Below, in pieces: positions 9,288-17,539 of a DNA stretch of 64,000 nucleotides; the first letter of the stretch is position 1, and the number at the start of each line of letters is the position of its first letter. The DNA comes from an uncultured bacterium. Its GTDB lineage: Bacteria > Actinomycetota > Acidimicrobiia > Spongiisociales > UBA5794. The translations under genes were made by a program, and so were the position numbers. The notes under the pieces are model-generated. The model made no database searches. It was not told where the DNA came from and saw nothing but the letters and a program-made list of their open reading frames with translations. The stretch lies in contig CAWJPT010000007.1 of assembly GCA_963844835.1 (NCBI GenBank), positions 396,251 to 460,250 on the forward strand, written 5' to 3'.

Positions 9288-12200
9288 CTACTTCAACTTC
9301 ACCTTGATGTTCCCTTTGGTCGGCACGGTTGTCGGTGAGGCGTATGAGGAATCACCAGGTTGCGAGTCGTAGAAGACTTCCAGTGTGCTTGCATTCCACA
9401 GCTTGAATCGGAACATGTCGTCAGTACCGGTTCGTGCGCCGTCGAGGATGACCAGCAGGAACTCGTACTCCTCTCCAGTCGAGTCCAGCGTGCCCTGGCC
9501 CTGCGTGAACGCCCAATCTCCGAAGATCCAGAGATACTGGATCTCCTCAGCTTCGAACTTCACCTTGCCGTCCGCATCCTTGTGGGTGTAGTTCAGGTGA
9601 CCTTCAGGATTTCCCGTCTTCTTGTCGTACTCGGCGCTGAAGTTCACTTTGTCACTTACGTCGCCGACAACGACCTCCGGGCTACCCGAGATGCTCTTGC
9701 CGTCCGGGTCGAAGACGACCGCAGATTCGTATTCCGCCGTGTCGGAACCACCGCTGTCATCCCGCACCGTCAGAGTGATCGTGTAGATCCCAGGTGTTGA
9801 GTAGAAGTGCGAATCATCTAAGGAACCAAGGATCCCGACTAAGTCGAAGCTCGGAGTTGTCACGGTCCCGTCGCCCCAGTCAACCTCCACGGTGATCACA
9901 TCGTCAGTATTGGGATCGGCAAAGGTGCCGGCCACAAACCCTTCGAACCCGAGCGCATAGGGATCAATCGGGCCCTCGAAGTTCTCGATTACCGGAGGCG
10001 TGTTCTCGATCTGTACATCGAACGAGTGAGTCGCCCCGGAATCACTGCAAGGTTCGAGGACGGTCACCGTGACCGTGTAGACGCCCGCCTTGGGGAAGGT
10101 GTGCGTCAGCTCGACCGTGGAGAACGGCGCAACGTCGTCATCAACGTAAGGCGCCGTGTCGTCTCCCCAATCGACCGTCAGCTGCAACGGACAGCCCGTC
10201 ACATAGTCGATAACGTAGATGTCGAACGGGGCAGCAATCCCGTCCCCCGGTCCCGGGTAATCCACGATCACATCCGGCGGAGGATCAGCTGGTATCTCCT
10301 GGCGTTGGATTGTGAAATCGAACACAATTGTCAGGATCACGTTGGAGTCGTAAGTCATCGGCACGTCGGAGATTGTCCAGGATGCCAATTCGCCAGGATC
10401 ACCGCTTACGGTGACACAGAAGGTGCCATCGGTACCGACAATCTCGATGCACACCTCTGAACCAGCCATCGCATAGCCGGATACCGTCCCCGCCGCGGGA
10501 TCGACAATGACGCCCGGATCAATCGTCGGATCCTGCGAGTGATCGAGATCCTCGACTACGAGGGACCTCGTATACACGCCATCAGTGAGTTCGACCACCA
10601 TGCCAGGTAGCAAGTCGACGCCGAGTGTCTCAAAGACTACGGAACCGGATTTGTCGCTCACGTCGGTGATGGTGACCGGCAGCTCATCGCTGCCGGTGAT
10701 GGTCAAGGTTGTGTCTGTCTCCCACAGCCAACCATCACCAAAGATGGTGTCTGGTCCGTCGAGAGGTCGATCGACCCCCAGCACCGGCTCCGGTGTACGC
10801 CAGAACATCCAGGTGCCGTCACCGTCGTCATCGATCTCGGCGGTCGCAAATAACTCTCCGTACCCGATGTCCCAGGCGGGCCACTCGGATCCATCAGAGA
10901 AGTACGCAGTCCACGTTTCTGTCGACGTGTCAATCACACGCAGCGGCGCCTCGTCATCTTCGGGGTGCGGCATCCAGACCGTGGCACCGATCGGCGCAGT
11001 GCCGGAAACCGTGTCCGCCTCTACATCGACCGACGTCACGGTTGCCGATCCCACGACCAACTCGCGCGACCACATCGGCGGTTCGATTCCGAAGACCGTG
11101 CCAACGGCTGTCCACGTCTGAACCGCCGTGACTGTGTCACCGGCCACGAGCGGTACATTCCGGAACCCAAACTCAGATGGCTGGGCATCGGGAAGACCAA
11201 TATCGGGCGTAGCAGTGCCCGACCACTTTTCGCCCCCATCTGCGTCGGTCACGGTGACCTGTACATCTGCGTAGCCGGGCCCGCCACCGAGTACCCAACC
11301 CGCGCCACCGATCACGGTGGAAGTATCGGGCTCCGGGAAATCGGGGAGGCTGGGCAGCGCCAGTGGGTTGAGTACCACATAAAGCTCCGGCTCGGTGAAC
11401 GACTCCACATACGTTCCGGTCTCGGTTCCGGCATCAAGGTCCGCAATCGACCACCAGGTTCCGGGACCCAAGTCAACGGGGGCACCAAGAGCCTGAAGAT
11501 CCAGATACCACCCGCCACTGCCGTCCGTTTCGATCTGAGTCTCCCAGAGCGTTCCGTCAAGCTCACCCTGCCGCCATGGGAAGAACTGCACACCCAACTC
11601 ATGGTTGGGTCGGGCCTGTCCGGTCAGGACAAGGTTCTCCCTGTCAACAGTCTCGATCGTGAGGTTGGTCACCTCGGTGGACAGCATGGTGTCGCCATCG
11701 GTAACCGAGACCAGATCACCGGGCAGAATATCGAACGAGGGCATAAAGAGGGCATGCCACACACCGGGATCGATTTCGAACTCGCTGACAGGATCAAAGC
11801 TGAACGCGACGCCGTCACGCTCGACATCGAGTGTTGCTCCTTGGTTGAAGCCCTCGACATCAACAATGTCTGTCCACCCGGGCGCCGCGGTCGTTGAGTA
11901 GACCTTCATGTGAGCCTCGGGTGGTGAGTCCGGCATGACGAGAAGATCCACGACATCACCAAATGGGCCATGATCGACCAACTCTTCAACCATTCCTGTC
12001 TCAGGATCGACACGCCACAGTGCCGGATCGGACCCGCAACTGGATTCATCGCAGCTCGAGTCGATTACATACAACATGCCGTCCAATCCGACGGCGACGT
12101 CCTCCGTGAAGATGGCATCTGGGATGAGATACTCGTTCAAGATCTCCCATGACCCGTACTCGAACTCGACGACCGCTGGGGGCCCGACCGAAGTCGCCAG

Positions 12201-15200
12201 CAATGTGCCTTGCGGAGAGAACACCAGACCATTGAATCGATACGGCATGTCACCGCCGATGATCTGTACCGCAGCAGGCGTGGCTGCATACGGATCCACT
12301 TGGAATACCTGGTCGCTGCCACCTGTGGTGAAGTAGACCAGCCCATCTGGACCGAACTCGATACCGTCAGCGGCGATACTGCTCAGCTGCGGGATACCAC
12401 CAGGTCCATCGATATCAAGGTTGAACACCCCTTGCTCGTTATCGGCAATGAATAGGGCGCTGTCCTCACGATTGTCGAAGGCTACGCCGATTGGGAATGA
12501 CAGCGGATCGCCCTCGAACAAGACCTCAAACTGGCCACTTCCCATGTCGAGCCGCAACACACGGCCTGCACCGGAGTTGGCCAGATACAGGAAACCGGGA
12601 TCGCCCCAGCGGATGTCCCACACCCCGCCAAACGGCAACGGGAGTTCGTTGACGATTTCGCCGGCGCCGTCGTTCGCTTGGGGGTCATAGACCCACAGCA
12701 CACCGTCCGTCTGCGAAATGAGTAGTTGCCCCGGCTCGACCGAGAAAGGTTCCATCCAGAGGTCGTTACCGCCACCGTCACATTCGAAGCACCAGTCGAT
12801 GTGGGTGGCGTCGCCGTCTTCGTCGAATACTTCCACCCAGCCGCCCGTGCCTGGATCGAAGGTCAGGATCGTGTCCTGCTCCCAATCCTCTACTCCGGGG
12901 TTGGCAAAGTCAGCGAGCCAGAATCCATTTTCGTCGGATTGAACCTGTCGGCTGATCCAGTCGACGCCCACCTGGAACTGAGAATCGGGTGGGCCATATC
13001 CGGAAACGACAGTCAGGTCGGGATCGATGGACTGGATCACCACATCAAAGACGTCATGGCTCTTGATCGCCGTACCTGCCGACTCGATCTCTACCCGATC
13101 GTTCGGCAGGATCGTGACGGATTCGTCGAACTGCACGTCGAACCAGCCACTGTCGTCAGGGATGGCGGACGTAATGACGTCGCCATTGACCGCGATGTCA
13201 ATCTCAACACCCGTCGCAAACTCGTTACCCCAAACAGCGGGTGGTTGGTGGACCTCAACCGGACCGGGCACTGGCTGCCAAGCCGGTTGCGTACCTGCGA
13301 CGACAAAACGAAGACCGGTGCCATCCGGGGCGACGGCCCAGATGCCTGAGCCGTACCGGTAGAACAGGATTTCCGACCCGTCGGGCGCCCATTCAGGTTG
13401 TCCCCTGAGCGGCGCAGCATCGACCACGACATGTGGATTCTGTCCATCAGCGTCCATTACCCAGAGCACGATGTCCGGTCGATCCGGGTGCTCGGTGGCG
13501 AATGCTATCTGGGTTCCGTCCGGTGACCAGGCCGGGTTACCCGCCGCTCTCGGCAAATCGGTTAGTTGCTGCGGGTCTGAGCCATCCGGTGCCACGGTCC
13601 AGATTTGATACGGCCCGGTTCGATTCGAGCTGAAGGCAATACGTGACCCATCCGGCGCCCATGTCGGTTCCCTGTCAGTTCCCCTCTCGTTCCCTGCTTG
13701 CTCGGGGTTGTTGCTGACGTTCACGGGAACGCCGCCGCCGGCGGGCACGACGTAGATCTCCACGTCGAAAGTGCCGACCGAAGCCTCATATGCGATCTGA
13801 TCCCCCTGTGGCGACCATGCGGGGTTCTGTTCAGTGAACCCCTCGGAAGCGACACGCGTCGAGCACGACTCTATGGCGGTGTAGCAACCGTCGGGCAGCG
13901 GATAAGGCACCACGGCAATATCCGGCCCACCCCCTGTGTCCAGACCGTAGGCAAAGGCGCTGCCATCGGGTGCCCAGCTCGGATCCTGCTTGCTATCACC
14001 ATCACCACCACCATCAGCATGGAGGTGGATGATGTCGGTGCCATCCGGGTTGACGGTCGAAAGGTAGCTGAGTCCTTGGTAGTGGTTGAACGCGATCAGC
14101 CCATTAGCTACTGGCCCGTACTCCCCCATCGATGGTCTTACGACGAAGGTCGGATTGGTAATCCCCCAGTTCGCCATTGTGCAATCCCCGTCATCATCAC
14201 ATTGAGCCGAGTTGCCGTTACTGCCGGGCACCAGATCGGCCTGCATCGCAAAGCCGGCATGCCAGGTTCCGGGATCGTCCCCGCTGCATGGGAGCACATC
14301 ATCGTCGCAGGCTGTGACCTGGATCCAAGCTTCGGAGCCATGGACCCACACGTCGACGGTGGATCCAGGCGCCGCGGTGCCAGTCACAGTATCTGTCCCG
14401 GCATCAGCACTGAGGATATCGAGTGAGGTCACCTCGTGTTCCTTGACGAATTCGGCCTCGTCATCGAGGTCCATGTCGGCGACAATCGACACAACGTGTC
14501 CCGGGAGTATTTCAAAGGCAGCGTTGAGATCGAAGTAGAATCCGGGGTTGTCCCATCCCTCCTGCAGCGCGACCGTTGTGTTTGCCTCGTACAAGAGGGG
14601 TCCAAAAGTACCCTCAGAGACGTAGCCGTCGTAGACGGCCAGGTCTACTGGCGCTCCGATCTGCCAATCCGGGGATTCAGCCCACACCGAGTTAGGCGGA
14701 TCTACCTGGAAGCCGGGCTGGCCCTCGCCGCCGCCGTCACAGTCGTGGCACCAGCCACGATGGGTCGAATCACCGTCGTTATCGAACACCTGGGCGCTGC
14801 CACCCGTGTCCGAAGCAAACGGCACGCTCAGGGCACCCGAACCATCAAACGGATCAAGCGGCTCAGTAGCCAAATCGACAGTCCAGTATCCGGGATCGAC
14901 GTCGGCATCAGATTCCGCCTGCACTTCACGGCCGACGTTCTCGAACTCGTTTCCTCCATTCACGGTCACCCACGCCTCAGGAGGGGCATAACCGGTGATG
15001 ACGCCGGACTCGGAGTCAACTTCCGTGATCGAGAGATCGACAACCAACAGATCCTTATAGATCTCCGGACCGTCGACTCCATCAGCATCAGAGAACACTG
15101 TGACAATGTTGCCCGGCACAATCTCACAGGGGTTGTCGGGATCGTCGAAGTTGACGTTGAAACCCTGCTCCCACGGATTCTCGCCCCACGAATACGTTTC

Positions 15201-17192
15201 CGTGCTCGCAGAACAGAGATATGTCGACGGATCTTCGATATCGAAGCCGACACCACCGACGAGCACGTCGACGGGGATACCCAGCGGCCAATCCTCACCA
15301 TTGCTCCACACCTGAAACGGCGCCTCAACACTGAACGACGGATTCGGAACGAGAATCGATACGTCAGTTTCGCCACCGCCGCTTCGTTGTTCTGAGACGA
15401 TGTGGGCTCCAGGAAGGATCTCGAAAACACCCTGAGGCGTATCGGGATCTTCGCTGGGCCCTTCGACCGAGAAATCTGCAATCCACGGCCCGAGACCATC
15501 CTCGACTCCATCGTCGAGATCATCTCCTGCGATCACGAATCGAACAGAATCAAGCCGTCCTTGGCTGGCACCGATCTGAACAATGACCTCGCTACCCGGC
15601 TCGGCAGACCCGAACACAGAGTCGAGATCGTCGTCATATCCGTCCATGAAGAGGTTCATCACCTGGTGATCACGTCGGGTTGTGCCGTCGTCCACGGCCA
15701 CCCACTGTCCTCGTTGGATATCGAAATCCACGCCAACGCCCATCTCGCCATTCAGATTGAAGAACGTCTCGGAGAAGAGCACACCGTTGTCGGGATTCTG
15801 ATCGACATCAACAGCAAGGGTCACATGCCTACCCGGCTCCCAGCCACCTTCGATCTGAACCCTGTCCTCATCTGGGAACACCGCGACACCCGGGTCTCCG
15901 CCTTCCTCGCCGCCGCCGTCACAGTCGTGGCACCAGCCACGATGGGTCGAATCACCGTCGTTATCGAACACCTGGGCGCTGCCACCCGTGTTCGAAGCAA
16001 ACGGCACGCTCAGGGCACCCGAACCATCAAACGGATCAAGCGGCTCAGTAGCCAAATCGACAGTCCAGTATCCGGGATCGACATCGGCATCAGATTCCGC
16101 CTGCACTTCACGGCCGACGTTCTCGAACTCGTTTCCTCCATTCACGGTCACCCACGCCTCAGGAGGGGCATAACCGGTGATGACGCCGGACTCGGAGTCA
16201 ACTTCCGTGATCGAGAGATCGACAACCAACAGATCCTTATAGATCTCCGGACCGTCGACTCCATCAGCATCAGAGAACACTGTGACAATGTTGCCCGGCA
16301 CAATCTCACAGGGGTTGTCGGGATCGTCGAAGTTGACGTTGAAACCCTGCTCCCACGGATTCTCGCCCCACGAATACGTTTCCGTGCTCGCAGAACAGAG
16401 ATATGTCGACGGATCTTCGATATCGAAGCCGACACCACCGACGAGCACGTCGACGGGGATACCCAGCGGCCAATCCTCACCATTGCTCCACACCTGAAAC
16501 GGCGCCTCAACACTGAACGACGGATTCGGAACCTGCCACATGACGAATGTCAGATCGCCATCGTCGTCGTACTGCTCGACGGACCCGAAGCTCCCCTCAT
16601 CCAATACACAGGTAGCAGCTTCGTCGTCGAGTTCGCCGCCGGAGACAGAGAAATCGGCGACAAAGACACCCTCCCCATTGACGTCTACGTTCCGCCGTCG
16701 ACAGACATCCGAGAACAAGGCGACCTCGACCCAATCGTCGCCGACCAGGGTTGTCGAACCCCTGACGGTGCCGCTGTCAAGATCGGCGCTAGCAAACGTG
16801 ATTGGCTTCACCACGTGAGTCCGTGTCGTTGTACCGTCGGTTGCACTGACTACGAAGCCGGCCTGCAAACCCAGCGAATCATCCTCGATGCGCCACGAAT
16901 CGCCGTAAATCGTGTCGGAGCCGGCGATCGCTGTCAGATCATCCCGGTCGTACACGTCATCGGGATCGTCGACGGTGACGGTAACCGTGGCTCCGTCAAT
17001 CCACGCGCCTTGGCCGACAATGCTGTTCGGCGGACCCACGTGGATACGCGCCGCTGGCTCGGGAATCTGTGCCAGAGCCGGCGAAGCGGAGATCCCACCA
17101 AGAACAGCCACCCCTGTAAGCAAGGCAACGGCGACCACCACCATCCGCACGAACACGTTGTTATATGCCCATCGAGTGACTGGTGGCCTCAT
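9288..17192 (-). CDS. giant secreted multi-domain protein (~2,634 aa) with repeated beta-sandwich modules, PD40/TolB-like propeller, NHL/SMP30-like propeller, two PKD domains and a C-terminal beta domain
   Basis: Uninterrupted ORF. The preferred start is ATG 17190-17192, preceded by GGGAG, and gives the signal peptide MRPPVTRWAYNNVFVRMVVVAVALLTGVAVLGGISASPALAQ. PD40 repeats are present (DPSWAPDGSAFAY, NPAWSPQGDQIAYE, EPTWAPDGSRIAFSSNRTG, NPAWSPDGTQIAFA, QPEWAPDGSEILFY). PKD motifs are present (TVDWGDDT...THTFPKAGVYTVTVTV, VEVDWGDGT...HFYSTPGIYTITLTVRDDSGGS). The alternative upstream ATG is at 17237. Confidence 0.85.
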   Translation of the reverse strand: MRPPVTRWAYNNVFVRMVVVAVALLTGVAVLGGISASPALAQIPEPAARIHVGPPNSIVGQGAWIDGATVTVTVDDPDDVYDRDDLTAIAGSDTIYGDSWRIEDDSLGLQAGFVVSATDGTTTRTHVVKPITFASADLDSGTVRGSTTLVGDDWVEVALFSDVCRRRNVDVNGEGVFVADFSVSGGELDDEAATCVLDEGSFGSVEQYDDDGDLTFVMWQVPNPSFSVEAPFQVWSNGEDWPLGIPVDVLVGGVGFDIEDPSTYLCSASTETYSWGENPWEQGFNVNFDDPDNPCEIVPGNIVTVFSDADGVDGPEIYKDLLVVDLSITEVDSESGVITGYAPPEAWVTVNGGNEFENVGREVQAESDADVDPGYWTVDLATEPLDPFDGSGALSVPFASNTGGSAQVFDNDGDSTHRGWCHDCDGGGEEGGDPGVAVFPDEDRVQIEGGWEPGRHVTLAVDVDQNPDNGVLFSETFFNLNGEMGVGVDFDIQRGQWVAVDDGTTRRDHQVMNLFMDGYDDDLDSVFGSAEPGSEVIVQIGASQGRLDSVRFVIAGDDLDDGVEDGLGPWIADFSVEGPSEDPDTPQGVFEILPGAHIVSEQRSGGGETDVSILVPNPSFSVEAPFQVWSNGEDWPLGIPVDVLVGGVGFDIEDPSTYLCSASTETYSWGENPWEQGFNVNFDDPDNPCEIVPGNIVTVFSDADGVDGPEIYKDLLVVDLSITEVDSESGVITGYAPPEAWVTVNGGNEFENVGREVQAESDADVDPGYWTVDLATEPLDPFDGSGALSVPFASDTGGSAQVFDNDGDSTHRGWCHDCDGGGEGQPGFQVDPPNSVWAESPDWQIGAPVDLAVYDGYVSEGTFGPLLYEANTTVALQEGWDNPGFYFDLNAAFEILPGHVVSIVADMDLDDEAEFVKEHEVTSLDILSADAGTDTVTGTAAPGSTVDVWVHGSEAWIQVTACDDDVLPCSGDDPGTWHAGFAMQADLVPGSNGNSAQCDDDGDCTMANWGITNPTFVVRPSMGEYGPVANGLIAFNHYQGLSYLSTVNPDGTDIIHLHADGGGDGDSKQDPSWAPDGSAFAYGLDTGGGPDIAVVPYPLPDGCYTAIESCSTRVASEGFTEQNPAWSPQGDQIAYEASVGTFDVEIYVVPAGGGVPVNVSNNPEQAGNERGTDREPTWAPDGSRIAFSSNRTGPYQIWTVAPDGSDPQQLTDLPRAAGNPAWSPDGTQIAFATEHPDRPDIVLWVMDADGQNPHVVVDAAPLRGQPEWAPDGSEILFYRYGSGIWAVAPDGTGLRFVVAGTQPAWQPVPGPVEVHQPPAVWGNEFATGVEIDIAVNGDVITSAIPDDSGWFDVQFDESVTILPNDRVEIESAGTAIKSHDVFDVVIQSIDPDLTVVSGYGPPDSQFQVGVDWISRQVQSDENGFWLADFANPGVEDWEQDTILTFDPGTGGWVEVFDEDGDATHIDWCFECDGGGNDLWMEPFSVEPGQLLISQTDGVLWVYDPQANDGAGEIVNELPLPFGGVWDIRWGDPGFLYLANSGAGRVLRLDMGSGQFEVLFEGDPLSFPIGVAFDNREDSALFIADNEQGVFNLDIDGPGGIPQLSSIAADGIEFGPDGLVYFTTGGSDQVFQVDPYAATPAAVQIIGGDMPYRFNGLVFSPQGTLLATSVGPPAVVEFEYGSWEILNEYLIPDAIFTEDVAVGLDGMLYVIDSSCDESSCGSDPALWRVDPETGMVEELVDHGPFGDVVDLLVMPDSPPEAHMKVYSTTAAPGWTDIVDVEGFNQGATLDVERDGVAFSFDPVSEFEIDPGVWHALFMPSFDILPGDLVSVTDGDTMLSTEVTNLTIETVDRENLVLTGQARPNHELGVQFFPWRQGELDGTLWETQIETDGSGGWYLDLQALGAPVDLGPGTWWSIADLDAGTETGTYVESFTEPELYVVLNPLALPSLPDFPEPDTSTVIGGAGWVLGGGPGYADVQVTVTDADGGEKWSGTATPDIGLPDAQPSEFGFRNVPLVAGDTVTAVQTWTAVGTVFGIEPPMWSRELVVGSATVTSVDVEADTVSGTAPIGATVWMPHPEDDEAPLRVIDTSTETWTAYFSDGSEWPAWDIGYGELFATAEIDDDGDGTWMFWRTPEPVLGVDRPLDGPDTIFGDGWLWETDTTLTITGSDELPVTITDVSDKSGSVVFETLGVDLLPGMVVELTDGVYTRSLVVEDLDHSQDPTIDPGVIVDPAAGTVSGYAMAGSEVCIEIVGTDGTFCVTVSGDPGELASWTISDVPMTYDSNVILTIVFDFTIQRQEIPADPPPDVIVDYPGPGDGIAAPFDIYVIDYVTGCPLQLTVDWGDDTAPYVDDDVAPFSTVELTHTFPKAGVYTVTVTVLEPCSDSGATHSFDVQIENTPPVIENFEGPIDPYALGFEGFVAGTFADPNTDDVITVEVDWGDGTVTTPSFDLVGILGSLDDSHFYSTPGIYTITLTVRDDSGGSDTAEYESAVVFDPDGKSISGSPEVVVGDVSDKVNFSAEYDKKTGNPEGHLNYTHKDADGKVKFEAEEIQYLWIFGDWAFTQGQGTLDSTGEEYEFLLVILDGARTGTDDMFRFKLWNASTLEVFYDSQPGDSSYASPTTVPTKGNIKVKLK
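14723..15350 (-). repeat. copy A of a 628-bp near-identical direct repeat inside the giant ORF
   Basis: Base-by-base comparison with 15905..16532 (offset exactly 1182 bp, in frame) found only 2 mismatches. These are 14810 C vs 15992 T, and 14901 G vs 16083 A. Confidence 0.9.
15905..16532 (-). repeat. copy B of a 628-bp near-identical direct repeat inside the giant ORF
   Basis: See copy A. It encodes the module NPSFSVEAPFQVWSNGEDWPLGIPVDVLVGG...DNDGDSTHRGWCHDCDGGGE. Confidence 0.9.
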
Positions 17193-17346
17193 ATACCGCT
17201 CCCAAGAACATGCTGAACAGCTGAGTTCGCCCGGCATTAGTGGCCACCATTGCCCGCATGGACAGAAGACAAGGTCAACCGAGCCTTTTCAAGGGCCAAA
17301 CGGCAGGGATCGTGTGACCGACGCGTCGTACTGCCCAAACACGAAA

Positions 17347-17356
17347 TGACTAGTCA
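17347..17356. promoter_or_regulatory. palindromic motif TGACTAGTCA (site A), candidate operator
   Basis: Exact 10-nt palindrome containing the rare CTAG/ACTAGT core, about 155 nt upstream of the giant ORF start. Identical copies are at 45240..45249 and 54726..54735. Confidence 0.5.
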
Positions 17357-17431
17357 GCTACCGCAAACGTGGGCAACAGATCCGCTCTCGGAGAAAGGCC
17401 CGCCCACTGACAGAATCCTGAGCGAGAAGGA

Positions 17432-17456
17432 GGACCCGATCGAGTAGATCGGGTCC
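17432..17456. repeat. second copy of the GGACCCGATC-N5-GATCGGGTCC hairpin
   Basis: The stem sequence is identical to the hairpin at 9169..9193, the loop is GAGTA, and it is followed by CGGCAGTTTTGTGG. It lies between the M50 protease stop (17540) and the giant ORF start. Confidence 0.7.
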
Positions 17457-17539
17457 CGGCAGTTTTGTGGTGGCCCGCCAGCCAGCCGGCGCCGACCCAA
17501 ACTGCAGCTCGATACGCTGCCGCACATCGCCTCGGTTGG

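Noticed and set aside
14723-16532. Diversity-generating retroelement (template/variable repeat) explanation for the two near-identical repeats
   Set aside because: No reverse transcriptase is nearby. The repeats are 628 bp, far longer than TR/VR pairs. Only two differences exist, and they show no adenine-specific pattern across many sites.
15402-17216. 604-aa plus-strand ORF (and 14436..15395, 13698..14426, 10965..11897 and others) opposite the giant gene
   Set aside because: These are antisense shadow ORFs typical of high-GC DNA. Their translations are Arg/low-complexity-rich with no motifs, while the minus strand carries a continuous, domain-rich 7.9-kb ORF.
9141-17415. Shared 9-mer (TCTGTCAGT / ACTGACAGA) near both hairpins as evidence of a second IS end
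   Set aside because: A 9-nt match is expected by chance at about 0.5 per query in 128 kb of two-strand sequence, and no further IS-like similarity surrounds the second site.
17250-17447. 65-aa plus-strand ORF in the intergenic region upstream of the giant gene
   Set aside because: It has no RBS, an unremarkable sequence, and ends inside the hairpin. It is more likely non-coding regulatory DNA, since it contains the TGACTAGTCA site.
17238-17539. Possible genomic-island att site (direct repeat of the tRNA-Arg 3-prime end) at the far side of the giant gene
   Set aside because: I looked for GGTTCGAATCCTGCCTGGGGCA-like sequence in this intergenic region and found none. Only the hairpin repeat is shared with the tRNA-proximal side.
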